A stretch of 64,000 nucleotides of DNA from positions 186,001 through 250,000 of the forward strand of contig JASVEC010000023.1 of the NCBI GenBank assembly GCA_030770535.1, given 5' to 3'. Numbering within the stretch: the stretch's first letter is position 1; each line of letters starts with the position of its first letter. Of the stretch, positions 1 to 13,594 are shown piece by piece. The DNA is from Batkoa obscura (Eukaryota). The notes beneath the pieces were generated by a model. That model was not told the DNA's origin. It saw only the letters and a list, made by a program, of their open reading frames with translations, and ran no database searches. Made by a program: the position numbers and the translations under genes.

Positions 1-148
1 CATGATTAATTCTTTTAAAACAATAATAAACTAAACACTGCTTTCGTTAATAATTCAAAATGTAATAATAAAACTTGATAACTGTAAAGTGGTTTATTTG
101 TATTAAATGGTTTTGTTAATGCTTTAGTATAAAAAATTAGTAATCACT

Positions 149-3100
149 CTAGAATGAATTGCGACGTCTAAATCTAGGGCGGTAATCATTTGGAGTACTT
201 GCGCTTGTAGAAATGGTAGATGAAACTTTTTCCATGTTATGGGCAGAAACATTTGAATTGGTCCAAGTAGATATCAATCCTTCATCATGCCAAGTTTGAA
301 CACATTTTTGACCATGAGCATAACCTACTGCTTCAATATTGGTAAATGATCCAAACTCTAAAGTTCCATACTTTTGGACTGGGAGACGAATATAAAGACA
401 TCCCGGTATCTTTTTGGCTGCTTCGATTTGAGAAACACTCGAGATATAAGCAAGTCTAGATTGAATATCAGCAAGAGAAAGAATTTTAGGACGATAAAAG
501 GGATTCAATTTGGAAAGAACGACATACCATCCAGATAATGAATCTCCATAATTAGTGAAATTATCTTCATTATCTTCTCCAGCGACATCCAGAGCAAATA
601 TAGTTTCTACACCCATTGAATGCATGACTTCGACTGGAAGGTAGTCTAAATATCCGCCATCTAATAGTAAATTATTACCGTCACATAAAGGAGGCAAAAA
701 TCCAGAAAGCGACATAGAAGCTCTAACGTATCTCCACAAATATCCGGATTGATGAACTTCAAGTCGAGAATGAGTAATATTGGTAGTGACACAATAGTAT
801 GGTAGCCATAAATCCTCAATTCTAATATCTTTAAATGTTTTCCAAATACCTCGATTGAACTCATGCCCTGAAAACCAAGAAATAATAGGATAAGTAAGGT
901 CCGTAACTTTACGCCATAAGCTTGCCATTCTATTGGAAAACACTCTAGCTGGTGCAAACATAGCAACAGTATCTGAATCTCTAGCATACAATCCCCCTAC
1001 ATAAGCTCCGATACTACATCCTCCAACGATATCAATTGGAATCCCTGCTTCTTCAAGGGCCCTTATAAAGCCCAAATGAGCAATTCCTCTTGCTCCTCCT
1101 CCACCAAGGACTAAACCAATAGATCTTCCACACAGACGACGTGCTAAACGAGAAAAATCTGATCTGATCCCAGTGTAAGATGAGGGTTGATGAATAGATT
1201 TCTTTGATAAACCTACACCAGCAACATCAGCGTAATACTGGTGGAGTTGGTCTTTAAGCTCGTTTAAGGTAGATAATATAGGTGGTACATTCTTCATAAT
1301 AACTTGTCGCTTGAGAGGGAACTGCACATGATGATGTGCATGAATCCAAAGCCTAGATTTCAACCAATTTTGAGTTGAACCAGAAGGCACCATATGATCT
1401 GGATGAAGAAGGACAAGCTCCTTTCTAGCTGTTGTTTTAGAGCTGATTAGAAGCCTTTCGAATTCTCCAATAGAAGGATCTTCCGATCCTATGCCAATAA
1501 GTAAAATACAATCAGCTTGCCGTATACATTGACGGGTCCATGGCGAGTTTACTGCCCCATCAGCAGTTAATAAAACAATTCTATGACGCTCTTCTTGTTC
1601 TATTAACCAATTTTTGAGCTTAAGTTTACCCATCTTAGTAAACGCATGCCTTCCAAGTGCGGAATGAACAGAAGCACTATTGATAACTTGAACTGACTCT
1701 CCAATACTTTGGAACGAGTCCCTCAATCTAGCAGAAAATTCTTGGATAGGTACATTCCCTTTAACTGGGACTATTGCTACAGTTTTTAGATTTGTATTAT
1801 TTTTACCAAAACTGGTTTTTTCTATTGATGATGCTGATTTTACTCTCAAACTAGCTTGCTGTTCCATTGTTCTGCGTGCAATCATCCTTGAGATTTGAAT
1901 AGTTACTTCAGGATTTGCAAGCGAAATAGCATCGAATAAGCTCTTTGGCATCCTTGCAAGCTCAGAGTCGCGAATAGCATGCAAAGTAAAAGGGAGTGGG
2001 GAGTTAGTTAACATTTCTAATTCACCAACCGAATCACCTAAACCATATTCAGCCAATATATTTATTCCTTGATCTTCCGATTCAGCAATAGTACGCAACC
2101 TCCCATTTAAAACAATATAGATTGCATCGCATATATCATCTTGCTTACACAAAACTTTACCTGCACTAGCTTGAACCCATTCAAGCGCAAAATCAATTTG
2201 TAAAACTAAAGGCGGAAGACGATGAATAAGCCTTTTGGCTAAAGTTAACAGAATAGCAGGGTGTTTTTCAGTTAAGCGATCAAGGTATTTCCTTGGCAAA
2301 CAAGCCACTAAGGTATTCCCTGCTGCTGTCATGTTAATAAAAGAAGGAGTTCCTGTAATAGAGCCCAAATATCCTGCTACACATCCTTCACGTATTTTAC
2401 TTGTTGGTCCTCCTTTGCTTTTAGTTTTATAACTTGAGAATTTCTTTGATTTATGCCTAGAGCTTTCCTTGTGTTTGTGCGATAAGTGTTCTTTCCCGAA
2501 ATTTGGAAGACTCACCGAACTCTTTCGACTAACTAAAGCTGGTTTCTCATCCTCGTTAGTGATATTAATTGAGCCATGAAGCACTAAATAAATACCGTCT
2601 AATCTTTCACCTTTGCTAATCATAGTAGCTCCAGATTTAAGATAATAAAGTTCTACGTGATCTTCATAATTATCTTTTAAAGAATTAGGGGAATAAGTTC
2701 CTGATGGAGATATAGTTGATGACGCTACATCTTCTTCGGAGTAGTCTGAATCTTCTTCAATTTCATCCGAGTCACGAGAGTACGGCGAACTTTGTGCTCT
2801 AGATAAATCCCCTGCAGAAGAAGATATTAAATGAATGTTTGGAGTCATTCCAATTGAATCCAGAATTAACTGATAAGACTGCTTACGAAGGCTACTATAA
2901 ATTTCCTCTTCTTCTTCATTACTTAAAGCATTTTCCGATATATGAATCACAGAATTCGAATTTCTTTCATTGGGAATAATAGTTTCTGCAGCTATTGTGG
3001 CTTTCTTCTTGCTTGAATCAATGTCTTTTGAGCTATTTGATCTAGAAAGTGAAAGTTTTGAATTTATTCCTTTTGCCACATCAAGCATTGCTTCAGTGTG

Positions 3101-4288
3101 CTTCGGATCAAAAGTTCTACTCTGTACATTGTAGTTTGCAAGATCAGATACCTTCTTTTCTATCTCAAGTAATTCCTTAGACATACCAAGGTAATTATTT
3201 AAAGTGAGGAAGGTAACTCTCTGGAATCTAGTAAGAATTACTTGAACAATATGAGCGGAAGAACTAGGAAATTTTTTAATCAGCCTTTGAAAGGCTTCTG
3301 CTGGTATAACTGCAAGAGTGGAATCACAAGTAGCTCTAGCTGTAACGTGTGGATGTAAAGGCTCTTCCTTTAAACCAGGTGATTCTACAAAATGATCATG
3401 TTTAACTAAAGCCAGCCCTTTATTATCAATATTTAAGTATGCATCACTGTGGTTATCTGAACTATCTATTTCATGTACTTTTCCTATAGTTTCTAAAATC
3501 TTCTGATAATTGAAATCACTGTTCGCAGCTCTTTTAAGTTCAACATTCTCAGTAAACAAGGATAATAAAGTAAATAAACTAGAAAGTGTTCCACCAGCTT
3601 TAACTTCAGTGAGAATGTTTTCCGAAGGCTTATCATTTGTTTGGTCAGCAAAATAACCACTTACATTTCTTTTAGTAGAAACCTGAATTTAAGTTAGTAA
3701 ATTTAAACTAGTCTATAAAACTAAAATAAGGCCTACCTGAACACAACCATCCACTACAATATAAAATGATTTCTCTTTATCAAAGCCATCAAAGATGATA
3801 TCGCCTTTAACTACTCTTTTTGTATTTAAATACCTCGATAACTCATTAAATACCGGTTCTTCTAGATAGCCGAATATTTTTATTGAAGACAAGATTGACT
3901 TTAAAAATTCATTTGGGTAATGACCTAAGTTTGATTCATCATCTGAATCGTCTAAATGACTAGCAATTGGCTGAAGATCAAAGGCATCAGATTGTTTAGG
4001 CGGAGCTTCAGTTTCAGGCAATCTTGAATAATTAGTATGATAGCGATATCTGACATAAATGTAGAACAATATTATAGCTAAGATGAATAAAAATAACAAA
4101 GTTTTATAATTGAATGAAATGGTGATGGTTTTTGATAATATTAAAAAGATCGAAGTTGGTATCCTATAAGTTATTAGTAGCAATAGCTCGTAAATAACGG
4201 AATAAATCATCTGTAATACTGAGCGATTTTGGAATGGGATTGAACATGTATCTGAAGTTACTTCACATGTACTTTCAAGTAAATCCAT
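149..4288 (-). CDS. NTE1: Lysophospholipase NTE1 / neuropathy target esterase (N-terminal TM, cNMP-binding domains, patatin domain); 2 exons, intron 3683-3736
   Basis: Patatin motifs GGGGARG, GCSIG, LLDGGY; cNMP-like segments (IYIVLNGRLR, GELEML); ORFs 3713-4330 and 149-3559 join in frame via a GT..AG intron; ATG at 4288 (MDLLES). Confidence 0.95.
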
Positions 4289-4749
4289 TTTGGGTTTTAA
4301 AAATTTTAAAAGTAAATTTTCGCCTTTCACCTTTTGTCTTTTAAACTCAGTCGATAATTTAAGAATTTTAATGAGGTAAAGTGCTCATCATTTTATTACT
4401 TTCATTTAAAAATTTGAAAATCAAAGAATAAAAATCATGTTGATGTAATTCATTCTATATAGTTTGACGAATAAGGTATTCGTATTAAAACACGACTAAA
4501 GATTAATTCTTTGTATAAAAAAGTATATAATTATTATGATAAAACTATATAATCTACATCAAAAATGATATATCATCCATTTAAACCTCTATTTAGTTTA
4601 ATACTTTTATAAAACTGTTTTCATTTAACCTAACCTTAGATATTGGAAATTTAATTTGAAAATTAGATCCATGAAATTCTAAAATTATTTGTTATGATTA
4701 AGATTAATGGCATTAAACTTAATAACTTTTTAAGGGCCATGTAAATACT

Positions 4750-4817
4750 ATATGGGGATGTGTTTTTTTGTTTAAGAATTTTACTACAATCTTAAATACA
4801 AAAATACATCCCCATAT
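4750..4817. mobile_element. Fold-back derivative of the MITE family (two left ends head-to-head)
   Basis: ATATGGGGATGTGTTTTTTTGTTTAAGA...TCTTAAATACAAAAATACATCCCCATAT; the right arm is the reverse complement of the family's left end. Confidence 0.8.
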
Positions 4818-5050
4818 ATCAAGTTTTTTAAAATTCAAGCTATTAGTCCCTAATATAATAGACGCCATTTCAATAATTTCGCTTTTTATTACAAAATTGT
4901 ATTTGTTAAATCAGTAATTAAAATATGGGCAGGCCTTTCATTTTTTACTTTTTAATCATCTGTCCCTTTGCTATTTAGCAATGTACCAAATTTTGCACAA
5001 TTCACTTTTTTAAATCATTGAACTTCAATTTAATAACAACTCCTTAAAAA

Positions 5051-5871
5051 ATGGAAGAAAGCTATACCTTTCCAAGTGATGACAAAGCAAAACTATTCTC
5101 ATTTTTAAGTAATATAAAATCAATAATAATGATAATAATATAAAATGTTAATATTATATAGATTGTGGGATAAACTCGTAATCAAAAATAACTTCATTAA
5201 GATATAAATTAAAAAGTAGAGTTTTAGTATATAGTAAAATATTAGATGCCTCCGATTATGACAAGTTGAAAGGAGGAAATCTTTCCATTCCACAAAACTT
5301 TGGGAATGAACATGAGGAATATGTTCAAAGTAGCATACAAAAAGCATTAGGTAAGACTTTAAGCTATGATAAATAAGGCTGTTTAATTTGTAAGAATTAT
5401 TTAGTGAAAAAAAGTTACATCAGATTGACTTAAATATTATGTCCAAAAGAAACCATGACGTTATTGGGAAATGGTGTTTTAATATCAACTATAAAAATGG
5501 ATTAAATGGGTAAAATGTGACTGCATATATATCTCAATATTAACCATTTTAGGCAAAATCATGCAGATGATGAAAACAAGTTTGAAAACGACCTTAAAAT
5601 GTTAGAAAGAAGGATAAGTAGCTCGATTAGTATGCTCTATAATTGCGGCGAAAGTATAGCATTTTAAGTATTAACATTTCTGATTGATTAATATATTTTA
5701 GAATATTATGAAATAGTTCTTATCGTTCATCAAGACCTAAAAATTGAAAAAGAATGGAAAGAAACGTATCCAGGACTCATCAATACAAGTTTAAATGAGC
5801 TTTTGTTACGCGAGTTGAATGAAGAGTCTTTTAATTTGAAATCTAAAGCTCAGTTTAATAAAAAGTTTTAG
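5051..5871 (+). CDS. Divergent Mad2-like HORMA-domain protein, 196 aa; exons 5051-5108, 5162-5177, 5220-5350, 5395-5509, 5553-5653, 5702-5871
   Basis: Manually spliced, five GT-AG introns of 42-53 nt, open frame of 591 nt; LFSFLNCGINSVLVY, VIGKWCFNI, LERRISSSISML, IEKEWKET, ELLLR align colinearly with Mad2 motifs (FGINSILYQ, VLERWQFDI, IRQITATVTFL, PEKWEES, EVRLR). Confidence 0.8.
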
Positions 5872-6270
5872 CAATAATAAGCTGCAAATGAAACATGTTA
5901 AGTGTTAGGAAGCTTAGAAGCAAAAATTAAATTACTCATGGTTTCAGATTAAATTTATTTACTAAGTTGGGGCGGTTTTCAGTGGTTCATTAGAGATGCT
6001 ATTTAAAGGTTAGATAAAAAATTTGATACTTTTAAGCATTAGAGCATGACAGAAGGAAGTGGGTAAACAAATTAGATAAATAGTACTTAAGGCAATAACT
6101 TAAGTAGCACAATGAAATACCAATATCCGAAAAAAAAGGTTAAAAATGATTTTTTAAAAGTACTAATAGAGCTTTATTTAAATCTAAAAATATTATTTTT
6201 AAATTTTTAGAAAATGCTATAAAAAATAATTAAACTGAATTACAAAAAGTTAAAGCAGAGGAAGCAAATA

Positions 6271-8424
6271 TTAAATAAATGTTGATTGAGGATTGGGTTG
6301 GGTTACATCATCAGATAAATAACCATTGGAATCTGATATGTCTGCGTTTGAAATGTTTTGGTAAATGACAGGCGAGCTTAAAGGGTCGGAGGTAGGTAAA
6401 TTAGCTTGAGCTTCAATGTTATACACTTCATCGCAAGCATAATCTTTATAGCTTAAAAAATATAAATATAAATAAATAGTAAAGATTTATAAGATTACTA
6501 ATTACTAAAGTTCTTTTTCTGAAATAATAGGCAAATTTTCCTTAACCCACGATTCTTCATCATTTGATTCCAAGCTATCCCTATATGCAGACTTGGTTTT
6601 AGATCCAGAAATACGCTTCCTATCAATATAGATTCTACCTCCTCTTCCAAACCTTCTACGACAAGCAATCGAACTAACATCTGATTCCTTTATCAAGAAA
6701 TGAGGTGAAATTGTATAATAGGTTTCTGCTTTGGGGATAATGGGTGTTTGATATGGTGCCTTAAAATAAAATATTAAAGAAAAAGAAAAAGAAAAGACTA
6801 AAAAACTACATACATCAGTGATATCAGTATACCCTTCTAAGTCCTTCTTTTTAAGTCTCTCCAGTCTACGTATTTTTTTGCGAGGAATAAGCTCGGAATC
6901 GAATATATCATCGTTCAAATTGATACTATGAGAGCTTGCCCTAAAAATATTAATGAAAAGTAAAAACAATAACAATATAAACTTACTTATGCTATAGTTA
7001 TAATGATTATAAAAAATTAAAATATTAGTAAAGCTTAAACATCCAACCATTAATATTACCTCATGTTTCTTTACATTATCTCTAATTGCTGGATCATCAT
7101 ATTTAATAGCAACTCTTTTCTTACATATGCTCATACGCTTTTTTAATACCTCTTCTTGCATATGTATCGCTTCTTCTCTTTTTTCTTCTCTAGCGATACT
7201 ACTATCAACAAGAGATAATAGTTTGTTCAAGTTATAACGCAAATGGTTCAATTTGTTAATATAGAAGGTATCAGTCGCACGCGTACGCCTCTGAAGTTTA
7301 ATTTCCCTTCTTCTAAAACAAAGATATGGATCATTTTCTGCTTTGATACTACGATCCAGCTAAATTAAATTAATTTATTAGTTTCTTAGATCTTAAACAC
7401 AACTCACCCTCAAACGGGGCATGATGGTGTCACTATTATTCATTTTCTTGCGGCGGTTTATCCAATGTTGTAAAATTGCATTGAACTGCTTTTCAATAGA
7501 TTTACTTCTAGAAAAGGTTGTCTTTAATGTAACAAGTATATCATCAGGAATTTTAACGTTTTCTTCTTTCTATAGAAACGGTTTATGATTTAAAACAAAA
7601 ACATTTTATAAGCAACTTACTGGATCGATTCTACCATCTGCCACTGCATCTTCTAATAGTTTTAAAATTTCTTCAAATCTAGACTCGTTTATTTTTTTCA
7701 CCGTTTGGTCTGAATATGTTTTGATGAAATTGTAATCTTCTTCATCCATGCAATAACTGATCCCAATAGAAGTATCATAATACTCTGTATACTTTATGTA
7801 CTCTTGAGGCTGTTGAAAATCAGGTTGATAAAATACCGAGTAATCATCTACCAATTTCGATGCATCTGGTGTTGGTATATAATTTGAAGCAACATGACCA
7901 CCTGTATAAGCAGCTTGTGCCGACTTTATTGCAGCTTGTAAATGATGTTCCTAAAATAATTCAATTAGACACGTAGACAAAAACTCGAATTTGATAGAAA
8001 TTGTTAAAAAATAAATAGTTAAATTTGATTGGCTAAAGCATAAAATTATGTAAAGCTGAAGTCACTTAGAATTAGTCAATTTCAGCCAATTAACTTGCGA
8101 CAAACATAGAGAACAAACGGCTGGAATTATTATTATGGAATATAGTGATAATATGTGATAAAATACACAAAACTCATATAAAATCCATTAAAGCGTTGAC
8201 AAAAAGGTAACAAAGTGGTATAAATAATGGATAAAAAAGAATAAAAAGGATAAAAAAATAAACGATCTTACCTCTTCTTCTTCTTTTTCAACTCCTGTCT
8301 CAATTTGAACTGCACTTCGTTGAGAAGTGAGCGCTTCAATATCTGGAGCATCTTCAGTCTTGATTAAAGGTAGGGCTTTTTTGATATCTACCTTTCGGCT
8401 TCTAAAGTTCATTCTTGTGCTCAT
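6271..8424 (-). CDS. EPL1: Enhancer of polycomb-like protein (NuA4 subunit), multi-exon
   Basis: N-terminus FRSRKVDIKKALP...TGVEKEEEE|HHLQAAI...IPTPDA; YCMDEED; DPYLCFRRRE; RRRFGRGGRIYIDR; stop at 6271-6273. Confidence 0.93.
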
Positions 8425-9444
8425 TGTTTATACCTTGTCAAATAAACTAGATCTTTTGCTCAATATACGCTCCTACTAACCTACTTTTATATATAAACTA
8501 CACTTAATATTGAATATATATAAAATTCTTTTTAAACAACAACCCCAGTATCTATAGGGGATCAATGCGTATAACACAAACTACTACTCTGATTGGATAC
8601 TTTAACTTATTATTGATTCTCATTTGCTAATTAAGGATCAAACTGCATCTCTAATTGGTAGCTAAGCTTTTCAAAAAATCAATTGGCTAATTAGTGATTT
8701 CTTTCTCCTTATTATTCCCTTTTATCATCTCTCATTTGGCAATTTCGACCCATTAACAAAATGTTTGGTTGATAAAATGAACAATCCATTTAATTGGCCG
8801 CTAATTAGCTGATTTCAGCAATTTAACCTTAGGTAAATTTAGATAAACCTTTAAAGTTTAAATAACCTGTGTTAAATATAATGAGGAACATTATTAGTAC
8901 AAATTTCTATGAAAAATAAAACTTAATGCTTTAAGCTTTTTATCTTATAAGATATAGTTAACAGTTAATACTTGTAATTTTACTGAGTTTTATTCTTTTT
9001 GAGACCTGTTATTGTAACATTTGTTCTAAATCCCTGTAATTAAACCAAACAAACATAAGACTCACTTAAATTATTTTATTGTTTTAGCCAATAATTTTCA
9101 TACAAAACTGTATTGAAGAAACGTTTGTTAAAAATAATCATTCATAATCATTTAGTATTATATAATAATATGGTTTGAATAGCTTGAATTAACTCATGAT
9201 TTGACTTTTTTAAAAATTAAAACTCAAGATTTTATAAATGTTACAGTTTAGTCAAATCACTATTATATAGTTAAATCAACTATGACGTTATACAAAAATA
9301 TAATCAGAGCTCATAATATTCTAATACAATCCTTAATACTGAGCAATAAATGAAGTAAGAAGATTTAAAAAAAGCTTGAAAATATATAATTTTATATTTT
9401 GAAATAAGTATGAAAAATCTATAGAGCTGTGGTTATGAACGAAA

Positions 9445-11541
9445 TTAATTTTTAGCGGCAGGGATCTTGTTAGAAAACTTTTTAAATTTGGCTACATAGA
9501 ATCCATCCATATTGTGAGTGTGAGGATAATACCTTTTAGTTAAATTCAGAGTAGGATGAAATTTCTTTTCATTAAAACTAAAAAATAAATAAGTTATAAT
9601 ATATAATTATATATATGTTACCTTGTAAATCCATCAACTCCAAAAGTAAGTCCAGTATCAACTAACTTTACATTTCCACGCTTCATAAGTGCATAATTAA
9701 CAACAGATTCATTTTCTTCAACAGTAACTGAACAAGTTGAATAAACTAAATATCCACCTGTTTTAGAGTTAGCATCAATGGAGTCAATAGCTGCTAAAAT
9801 TAGTTCTTTCTGTAACTTAGATAACATGGCGAAATCTTTTTCACTCTAATTTTATTATAAGTAACAAATAAATACACATATATTAACTTACCCTGCTTAA
9901 TTTGACAGAGGGATCCTTAGATATAACACCAGTACCTGAACAAGGAGCATCTAATAAAATACGATCAAATCCTCCAATTACTTTTGGAAACATTCTGCCA
10001 TCGTAATTGCATACTACTGAGTTTTTAACACCTAAATTGTATCATGTTAAGTTATTTGAAAGCCACATTATGAGAAAAAAATTACCTAATCTATGGATAT
10101 TAGCTTTAAGAGATTTGGTACGATCTTTAGTAGAATCATTGGCAAATATACAACCAGTGTTTTTCATTAAAGCGGCCATATATGTAGTTTTTCCACCTGG
10201 AGCTGAACACATATCCAAAACAAATTCACTGGGTTGAGGATTTAAAGCAACAACTGGAAGCATAGAAGAAGCAGCTTGGAGCATATAATGACCGGCTAAA
10301 TACTCTGGGGTAGCACCCACTGGGACATTTGAGTCGAAAACTTGTAAACCTACTTTACTCCATTTCCCTAATGGGTCAACATTAATACCTCTACCAATTA
10401 ATGCCTGCGCTAAATCTCTACGACGAGTTTTTAAAGTATTGGTACGAATAGTTACTGGACGTGGCACTTCATTTGCTTCAAAGAAATCAATGGCTTCAGA
10501 TACAGGGAATAATCCAATTAATTTATTCGTTAGTTCTATGGAATATCCATAGTATAATGATATATCTCGAACTAATTGATCAATATAATCACTACGATAC
10601 TTATTAGGATCTCTTTGATGCTTAAAATCATTCAATACACGAACAATTTCTTGTATTCTTATTTTAACATCTGCTAAATCTGGAACCTCTTGTTTTTCTT
10701 GTTCAATTTGCTCTTCATCAGGTAATTGGAACCTATCCTCTTCTTCTAATTCTTCTCTCACTTTTGCATCCTCTATTTCCTCTTCATTTAATTTTTCATC
10801 TTCTTCTTGTTTTTTGTTTAGTTTTATCGCCTCTTTCTCAAACTCTGTTAACTAGAAAATATGCTTGTTCAAATAATAGAAATAATGATAGCTTTATAAA
10901 TTACCTTTTCTTCGTCTTCGTCTTCATCATCCTCTTCCTCATCCTCTTCTTGTTTCTCTAATTCATCTTTGTTATCGAATTCATCATCCTAAGGTAAAAT
11001 TATAAGCCATTTGCATTCAATGTTAAGAGATAATACTAACAGGTAGATCTAATTCTTCAGAATCATCAGAGTCATAAGTCTTTCTTTCAACGATGTTATT
11101 AAGCTTAGGTTTCAACCATTTATTATTATCATCACTGAATCCAACAGTCCTAACGAAGAAAATTAATATGTTATTATGTATAGCCATTTAAAACTATACC
11201 CTTTACGTTTTAATTCTGGGTCTTCTTCGTCACTTGAGTCAAATAAATCGCTAAAAATAAGGTTAAAAAGAGAAAGAAAGCTAGGATTTAAATTACTTTT
11301 GTGGCAAAGCTTCTTCTTTTTCAACATCATAATCAAATAAGTCTACTTCTTCATCACTATCTTCATTCTTTTTGACTTTATTCTTCTTTTCTTGAGCTGC
11401 TTTTTCTTTTTTTTCTTGCTTTGCTTTTGGTTCTTTCTTTTTATTACTCTTGATCTTTTCTTTCTTTTCTACTTCTAGGATCTTTGGTTTTGGATCTGGC
11501 TGATGCTTTAACTTTCTTTTCTTTCCTGCTATTTTGGCCAT
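9445..11541 (-). CDS. NOP2: 25S rRNA m5C methyltransferase Nop2, multi-exon
   Basis: [80 protein letters not shown]; acidic/basic N-terminus. Confidence 0.96.
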
Positions 11542-12330
11542 ATTTATTTAAAAATGAATTTTTTATTATTTCAAAATTGGAATCGAATTATTTTAAGTTA
11601 GAGTTGGGATCGTATTTTGGGATTTAAATAAAAATTCTTTAAACTAATGTTACTAAATCTAAGCAATATCAAATAAGATTTATACATAGTTGTTGAATTA
11701 GAACAAAATTCGTAATCTTAATTTATTCCATAGCGTAACTTTTGATTGTTAGGTATCATTTATAAAAGATACATTAATGCTAATAATGCTATTATTATGT
11801 GGTATTTTTATTACTACTTGTACTATAAAATAAAGTTATGTAAAACTAACAACACACTGATAACACTTGAGCAAGAGATATATGATCCCTTGGTTTTATT
11901 AGCTATAGCTCTATGCTTATTTTAGTATATAAGATATAACCTTGATGAAATAATTTTTATCAAAACAAAGTGCTTATAATTAAGTTTAATATTTATGCTA
12001 CATTATAACATTATAATAAACCTTTATTTTCCTTTTAATTTAATAGTTTTTATAACATTTTAAGTATTAAATGAATATCTACATTGAAAATTTTAAGCTT
12101 TTAATTTATAAATTTAATATAAACTATTACCATTCGCGATTTAATGTTTTTTATTTAAATTTATTGTAGTGGAAGTATAGCCAAAAATGAAATAGCTGGT
12201 TTGAATTTTTTAGAACAATAACAGAATTCAAATATGTAAATGAATTGTTTAATATTTATAATTTAACAGATGTCTGATTTATAAACCTTACCTTTATACT
12301 TTTATAGCAGTAAAATTACTATAAAGATAT

Positions 12331-12437
12331 ACATGGGGATGTATTTTTGTGCTTAAGAATTTTACTAACAGACTTTCCGCTTAAATAGCGCTCAAAAAAT
12401 CGAAAAAATAATGAAGTCAGAAAAAACACTCTCACAT
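12331..12437 (+). mobile_element. MITE family copy (~100 bp) with ACAT direct flanks
   Basis: GGGGATGTATTTTTGTGCTTAAGAATTTTACTAAC...TAGCGCT...AAAAACACTCTC flanked by ACAT on both sides. Confidence 0.85.
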
Positions 12438-13594
12438 GTTAATTTCAAACATCTGATGATAATTTCTCAATAAATAAAACATCATAGATCTAGCAACTAT
12501 TCAAAAGTTCTAATACTTTATTTTATATACTAATTGTTTTTGGAGTTGTAGAGTATTAGACCAAATATGCTTGTCATTATTTTAAAATCGAATAGAAGGC
12601 TTTAATAATCTAAAACTGTGTTTATTGCTTATTTATTACAATTGTTTCTAAAAATTATAAACCCATTTAAATTAAACTCACATCAATATCTTTATAGTCA
12701 TATTTACTAATATCATAAACATTATATCGTTTATAATGTTTTCAACAAAATGCCTACTATTTTATTATTATGACCCTAAAAATTGTTCTTATAAAAACAA
12801 CAAAAAGTTAAATTTGATAAGTTAGTAATAATAACTATCAAAATTAGGAGTAAAATAATTAATAATTAATGTGTTAGTAGTAGTATGCTAGTAAAAATCA
12901 TTAAATATTATCAGTGATATACTAATAGTTTTTTATAGAAGGCACTTCGTCCTTTAAAAGTTCATTAATCATGCTAGATTCTTATTGTGATTAAGATGAA
13001 ATCTATATAATATTATATAAGCTTAATAAAAACAAGAATAAACTTCATTGTATAACTTATAATGTTATTCAAACCAATTTTATTGGATAAGATAGTAAAA
13101 AAAAATTTTTAAATATGTACTACTATCGTTTTTAAATTTTAACAACTATTGCTCTTGAAAACAAGTCAAGAAATAATTTTGTAAAATGTTTAATTTAAGC
13201 AATACAGAATTTACTCAAGTCCAATGTTTTTATTATTTATTCGATAAACTATATAAACACTACAGTGTTTTTAGATAATGAAAATCCTAAAAATTTACTT
13301 TTTCAATTCTACCAAAGTAAAAGTTAAAAATTTGCCATTTTTAGTTTAATAAGATCTGAATTTAAAACCAGCAAACCTTGAAGGTATGCAGCATGATTGG
13401 CTATTTTTCTTAATGATATTCAAAGTCTGTCAGCGATCAAAAATAACTTTAATAAATACAAAATTAAAGAAGTAATAAGTGACTGCTTTTTTAAAAAACT
13501 TAAATATTTGTTACTTCAAAGTACAAGTTGATAGTTATAATAGTTATATAATTTTAATTTTTATAGAGTTTGTTTGTTTTTAGTTTATAAACAT

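Noticed and set aside
5120..5347. 75-aa minus-strand ORF
   Set aside because: Antisense to exons and introns of the Mad2-like gene; composition reflects AT-rich introns
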